Under the pieces are notes generated by a model. It did not search any database. It saw nothing but the letters and a program-made list of their open reading frames with translations, and was not told where the DNA came from. The position numbers were made by a program, and so were the translations under genes. Below are positions 60,288 to 64,000 of a DNA stretch of 64,000 nt, piece by piece. Source of the stretch: an uncultured Acidobacteriota bacterium (GTDB lineage Bacteria > Actinomycetota > Acidimicrobiia > Spongiisociales > ZC4RG35); contig CAWJLJ010000003.1 of the NCBI GenBank assembly GCA_963843585.1, forward strand, positions 107,075 through 171,074, written 5' to 3'. Every line of letters begins with the position of its first letter. Within the stretch, counting starts at the first letter, position 1.

Positions 60288-61516
60288 GCCCCCACCTCCT
60301 CGTAGATGGCCGGAGGGTCGAAGGCCGCATGAAGCGCCTGCACCGCCGCCTCGACATCATCTGCCCTCACCACGCAGGAGATGCGGATGGTGGAAGTGGA
60401 GATCATTTCGATGTTGATACCAGCCGAAGCCAGGGTTTCGAACACCTTGGCGGCGACACCTGGATGTGATTTCATCCCGGCGCCGACCAGCGAAACCTTG
60501 GCGATTTCGGCATCGACGTCGACTGATTCGGCATCTATCTCACCCGCTACCTGCTTGGCGATTCGTTCGGCGTCGACCAGGTTGGCCCTGGGAACGGTGA
60601 AGCTGATATCGGTGCTGCCGTCGTGTGAGACGTTCTGCACGATCATGTCGATGTTCACCCCCGCAGCCGCCAGGGATCCGAAGAGCGCCGCAGCAACCCC
60701 TGGTCGGTCAGGAACGCGGTTCACCGTGACCTTCGCCTCGGACCGGTCGTGTGCGATGCCACTCACGATCGCCTGCTCCATCGGTGACTCGCGCACCCAG
60801 GTCCCTTCGCCGTCGTGGAACGATGACCTGACGTGGATCGGTACCTCGAAGCGGCGTCCGAACTCGACCGCCCGTGACATGAGGACGCCTGCGCCCCCGG
60901 CGGAGAGCTCGAGCATTTCGTCGAATGGGATCTCCTCCAGCTTCATCGCATCGGGCACCATCCGGGGATCTGCGGTGAAGACTCCGTCGACATCGGTGTA
61001 GATCTCGACACTGTCCGCACCGAGTGCCGCGGCAAGGGCGACGGCGGTGGCGTCGGAACCGCCCCGTCCCAGGGTGGTTATCTCCTTCGACTCGGGATCC
61101 ACCCCCTGGAACCCGGCAACGATCACCACGCGGCCCTGGGCCAGGCTGTCGCGGACCCTGGTCCCCTGTATGTCGAGGATCTTGGCCGAGCCGTGGGAGG
61201 AATCCGTCAGAATGCCCGCCTGGGACCCGGTGAAGCTGACGGCGGGGATGCCTCGTGAGTTGAGGGTGATCGAGAGCAGGGCCATCGAGATCCGCTCCCC
61301 TGCGCTGAGCAGCATGTCCATCTCTCTGGGCGAGGGATCGTCGCTCACCTCGGCGGCCAGAGCCACCAGTTGATCCGTGGTCGCGCCCATGGCGGAGACG
61401 ACCACGACAACGTCGTGGCCCTCTCGCCGTGTCGACTCGACACGGTCGGCCACGGCCTTGATCCGGGCCGCGTCCGCCAGCGAGGTTCCACCGAACTTCT
61501 GGACCACGAGGGACAT
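60284..61516 (-). CDS. lysC: aspartate kinase
   Basis: From [13 protein letters not shown]. Motifs [12 protein letters not shown] and [13 protein letters not shown], plus two ACT domains. The listed ORF overextends upstream. Confidence 0.95.
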   Translation of the reverse strand: MSLVVQKFGGTSLADAARIKAVADRVESTRREGHDVVVVVSAMGATTDQLVALAAEVSDDPSPREMDMLLSAGERISMALLSITLNSRGIPAVSFTGSQAGILTDSSHGSAKILDIQGTRVRDSLAQGRVVIVAGFQGVDPESKEITTLGRGGSDATAVALAAALGADSVEIYTDVDGVFTADPRMVPDAMKLEEIPFDEMLELSAGGAGVLMSRAVEFGRRFEVPIHVRSSFHDGEGTWVRESPMEQAIVSGIAHDRSEAKVTVNRVPDRPGVAAALFGSLAAAGVNIDMIVQNVSHDGSTDISFTVPRANLVDAERIAKQVAGEIDAESVDVDAEIAKVSLVGAGMKSHPGVAAKVFETLASAGINIEMISTSTIRISCVVRADDVEAAVQALHAAFDPPAIYEEVGA

Positions 61517-61600
61517 GACCAACAGTTTGGAACGTTTCCCTGCCAAACACGAACACCGGCCTCGGGATTGCGCCGGGTCCGTGCCTAGAGTCGCTCCGCC

Positions 61601-62390
61601 ATGACCGACAGACGCAGGCGTCAGAAGGAGCAACGCGCCGCCAAGCTAGAGGCCGAGAAGAAACAGGAGGCCCGCAAGGAGCTGGGGCGCCGCCTCGGGA
61701 CCGCGTTGGTGTTCGGTGTGGTGGTAGTCGGGATCGTCGTCGCCGGCGCCTATTTCGGCAGTGACGAAGGCGAGCTTCCTCAGGGATATGCGGACTTTCG
61801 AGAGCAGCCCACCGCCTGTGGCGCCGAACAGCCCGAGCCCGAGCCAGTCCTCTCCTTTGCCGCACCCGAGCCACAGACCGACGTGACTGCCGAGTCCACG
61901 GTGACGGTGACCCTGGAAACCTCGTGTGGGGACATCGTCATCGAACTCGACCCGGCTGGTTTCCCGGTCACGGCCAACTCATTTGTCTTCCTGGTTCGTG
62001 AGGGGTTCTTCGACGGGCAGGTGTTTCATCGAATCGTCCAGGATTTCAGGGTCTTCTCCGGCGATCCCGAGGCCAATGGAAGCGGTGGTCCGGGATACCA
62101 GATCGCCGACGAGTTCCCTGCCGACGACTTCGTGCTGGCTCCGGGCATGGTGATGATGGACAACGTGGGCAGGGGAACCACAGGCAGTCAGTTCTTCGTT
62201 CTCACCGGGGAAGCCGCCTCGGCCCTCAATCCGCAGTTCAACCTCCTCGGCGAGGTCGTATCGGGTCGAGGACACGCTCGAGGCGATTGCCGGGGTCGAG
62301 ACGGCGGTCCGGCCCGGATCGACAGAGCAGAGCCTCCCACTGGAGACTGTGTACATCGAACGAGCCACGGTCGACGTAACCGACTCTTGA
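61601..62390 (+). CDS. membrane-anchored cyclophilin-type peptidyl-prolyl isomerase, 1 frameshift near the 3' end
   Basis: A Lys/Arg-rich N-terminus and a TM helix, then [11 protein letters not shown] and GTTGSQFFV. The tail [40 protein letters not shown] is in another frame from about 62265. Confidence 0.8.
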
Positions 62391-62426
62391 CGGCCCGGCG
62401 GGCCATCATCCTTCTCTGAGAATCAG

Positions 62427-63266
62427 ATGGCCGTCGATCTCCACACGCATTCCACGGCCTCCGACGGATCGGAGACGCCTTCCGCCCTCGTCGACATGGC
62501 CGTCGACCTGGGTCTGAGCGCCTTCGCCCTCACCGATCACGACACGCTCCAAGGGATCGAGGAGGCACGTGCTGCTGCAGACAAGGCGGGGATCGACCTG
62601 ATCCCGGGCACCGAGCTTTCTCTGGAGTACGAAGGGGGAATGCACCTGGTCGTGCTCTGGCTGGAGCCGGGGCCCGGACCACTCCAGGACCGGCTCGCCG
62701 GGCTCCAGTTCGGTCGCGAGGGGCGCAACGCCGCCATAGTCGGCGTGCTCGCCGACCGCGGCATGCCAATCACCCTCGACGAAGTATTAGAGGAGTCGGG
62801 CGGCGGCACGGTAGGACGACCCCACATCGCCGCGGTCATGTTGCGAAAGGGCTACGTGGAGTCGATCGCCGAGGCCTTCGATGAGTGGTTGGGGGCCGGG
62901 AAGCCCGCCTACGCCCACAGGCCACGTCTCCCACCCGAAGAGGCGATCGGTCTCGCCCGCGAGTCGGGTGGAGTGCCGGTGCTGGCCCACCCCCACACGC
63001 TCGGCATCAATCGTTCCCATGAGATGTCCGAACTCCTCGCCCGGCTCCGCTCGGCAGGGCTGGTCGGTTTGGAGGCGACCTACTCGGCCTACCAAAGGCA
63101 CGAGCGCGAGGGCTATGCGGATCTCGCCCGTCGCTTCGGACTGATCGTGTCGGGAGGCAGCGACTACCACGGGTCGTACAAGCCGAATCTCGAGCTCGGC
63201 ATCGGGTACGGAGACCTGGTGGTCCCTGAAGAAGTCGTGGATGAGCTCCGGGCGGCGGCGGGATGA
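62427..63266 (+). CDS. PHP domain phosphoesterase (TrpH/YciV-like)
   Basis: Intact 279 aa. Motifs VDLHTHSTASDG, ALTDHDT, LAHPH and GGSDYHG. Confidence 0.85.
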   Translation: MAVDLHTHSTASDGSETPSALVDMAVDLGLSAFALTDHDTLQGIEEARAAADKAGIDLIPGTELSLEYEGGMHLVVLWLEPGPGPLQDRLAGLQFGREGRNAAIVGVLADRGMPITLDEVLEESGGGTVGRPHIAAVMLRKGYVESIAEAFDEWLGAGKPAYAHRPRLPPEEAIGLARESGGVPVLAHPHTLGINRSHEMSELLARLRSAGLVGLEATYSAYQRHEREGYADLARRFGLIVSGGSDYHGSYKPNLELGIGYGDLVVPEEVVDELRAAAG

Positions 63267-64000
63267 GCAGGCCACTCAAGATGGGGGCGGCCGCCGCCGT
63301 GATCTCGGCGAGCATCCTCATCTCCCGTCTGCTCGGCCTGGGCCGTGAGGCCCTCCTGGCCACCCTGATCGGGGTCAACACCGAAGGTGACCTGTACCGC
63401 CAAGCGTTCCTCATCCCCGATTTCCTCAACTATCTGCTGGCGGGTGCATACCTCACCATCACCCTGATCCCGATCCTGAGCCGGCATCTGGAGCAGGAAG
63501 ATCCAGACGGGGCGAGCCGGGCATTCACCTCCGTCTTCCGATTCGTGGCCTGGGCCATCCTCGGTCTGACGACCGTGATGTGGCTGGCGGCGGAGCCGAT
63601 GGTCTCGCTCATATTCCGCAGCGTGCCCGACCCCGAGCGCCTGGTCTCCCTGACCAGGCTGGTGCTCCCGGCCCAGGTGTTCCTGGTGATGGGCGCCCTG
63701 CTCATGGCGGTCCAATACACCCACCGCCGGTTCCTGATGCCTGCATTGGCCCCGATCGTCTACAACGTCGGGATCATCGCCGGCGGGCTCATCGGGGTGG
63801 CGATGGGCGAACCGGGCCCGGAGGCGTTCCTGTGGGGTGCCGTCATCGGCTCTGCGGTGGGCAACTTCGGGCTGCAATGGTTCGGGGCTCGCGCCACCGG
63901 AACCTGGCTGACTCGTGTGCCCCGCGGCACGTCATCTGTGAAGGAGTACCTGATCCTGGCGCTACCACTGATGCTGGGTCAGTCCATCGCGGTGCTCGAC
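63263..64000 (+). CDS. murJ: lipid II flippase MurJ/MviN (5' part, runs off window)
   Basis: Not in the ORF track because it has no stop. ATG 63263 is in an ATGA overlap with the PHP stop. It reads MSRPLKMGAAAAVISASILISRLLGLGREALLATLIG..DLYRQAFLIPDFLNYLLAGAYLTITLIP and stays open to position 64000. Confidence 0.8.
   Translation, partial: MSRPLKMGAAAAVISASILISRLLGLGREALLATLIGVNTEGDLYRQAFLIPDFLNYLLAGAYLTITLIPILSRHLEQEDPDGASRAFTSVFRFVAWAILGLTTVMWLAAEPMVSLIFRSVPDPERLVSLTRLVLPAQVFLVMGALLMAVQYTHRRFLMPALAPIVYNVGIIAGGLIGVAMGEPGPEAFLWGAVIGSAVGNFGLQWFGARATGTWLTRVPRGTSSVKEYLILALPLMLGQSIAVLD

Overview
High-GC (about two-thirds G+C by eye) chromosome segment of actinobacterial type. Supporting this: two WhiB-family genes, an F420/LLM oxidoreductase, and GlnR-like and RegX3/PhoP-like regulators. 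An Acidimicrobiia-like origin is only an inference, drawn from the Thr/Glu/Pro-rich lipoprotein linkers. The window is a densely packed core region with about 65 protein genes and one tRNA-Pro(CGG). I found no rRNA, CRISPR, transposase or integrase.

Gene content, left to right:
- glycosylation cluster (GT4 / GH130-like / GT4)
- F420-type LLM oxidoreductase, BON protein, PolX-PHP
- ArsR regulator divergent from a small membrane protein
- anchored beta-propeller and CapA
- three polar/general amino-acid ABC transporters (one aapJQMP-like, plus two arranged head-to-head)
- dxs
- phosphate supercluster (pstSCAB-phoU-response regulator-histidine kinase, class III cyclase, ppk1)
- TetR, WhiB, MFS transporter
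- glnA with a GlnR-like atypical regulator
- Cys/Met PLP enzyme, methyltransferase, ALDH7-type dehydrogenase, RidA
- Fe-S carriers (IscA-like, Mrp)
- M23 / MBL / NUDIX operon
- selA-selB
- WhiB, a degraded NfeD, a receiver, two GNATs, a hydrolase, a TOPRIM protein
- tRNA-Pro
- asd-lysC, cyclophilin, PHP phosphoesterase, and the start of murJ

Main non-standard signals:
1. A roughly 54-nt structured quasi-palindromic element. There are three good copies (39833-39886, 49668-49721, 49738-49792), one truncated copy and two weaker relatives. All sit just upstream of start codons, mostly in divergent intergenic regions. Each carries the 13-bp palindrome GAACCTNAGGTTC.
2. Roughly 45-50 apparent 1-nt frameshifts that are strongly clustered, while many long genes are untouched. 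These are either assembly indels or real gene decay.
3. Four verified convergent gene pairs whose stop codons overlap in the palindrome CTAG.
4. Candidate PHO boxes upstream of pstS.
5. A GlnR-like regulator with Glu at the phospho-acceptor position.

I could not recognise a defence system or mobile element. The repeat family is the best candidate for something undescribed.
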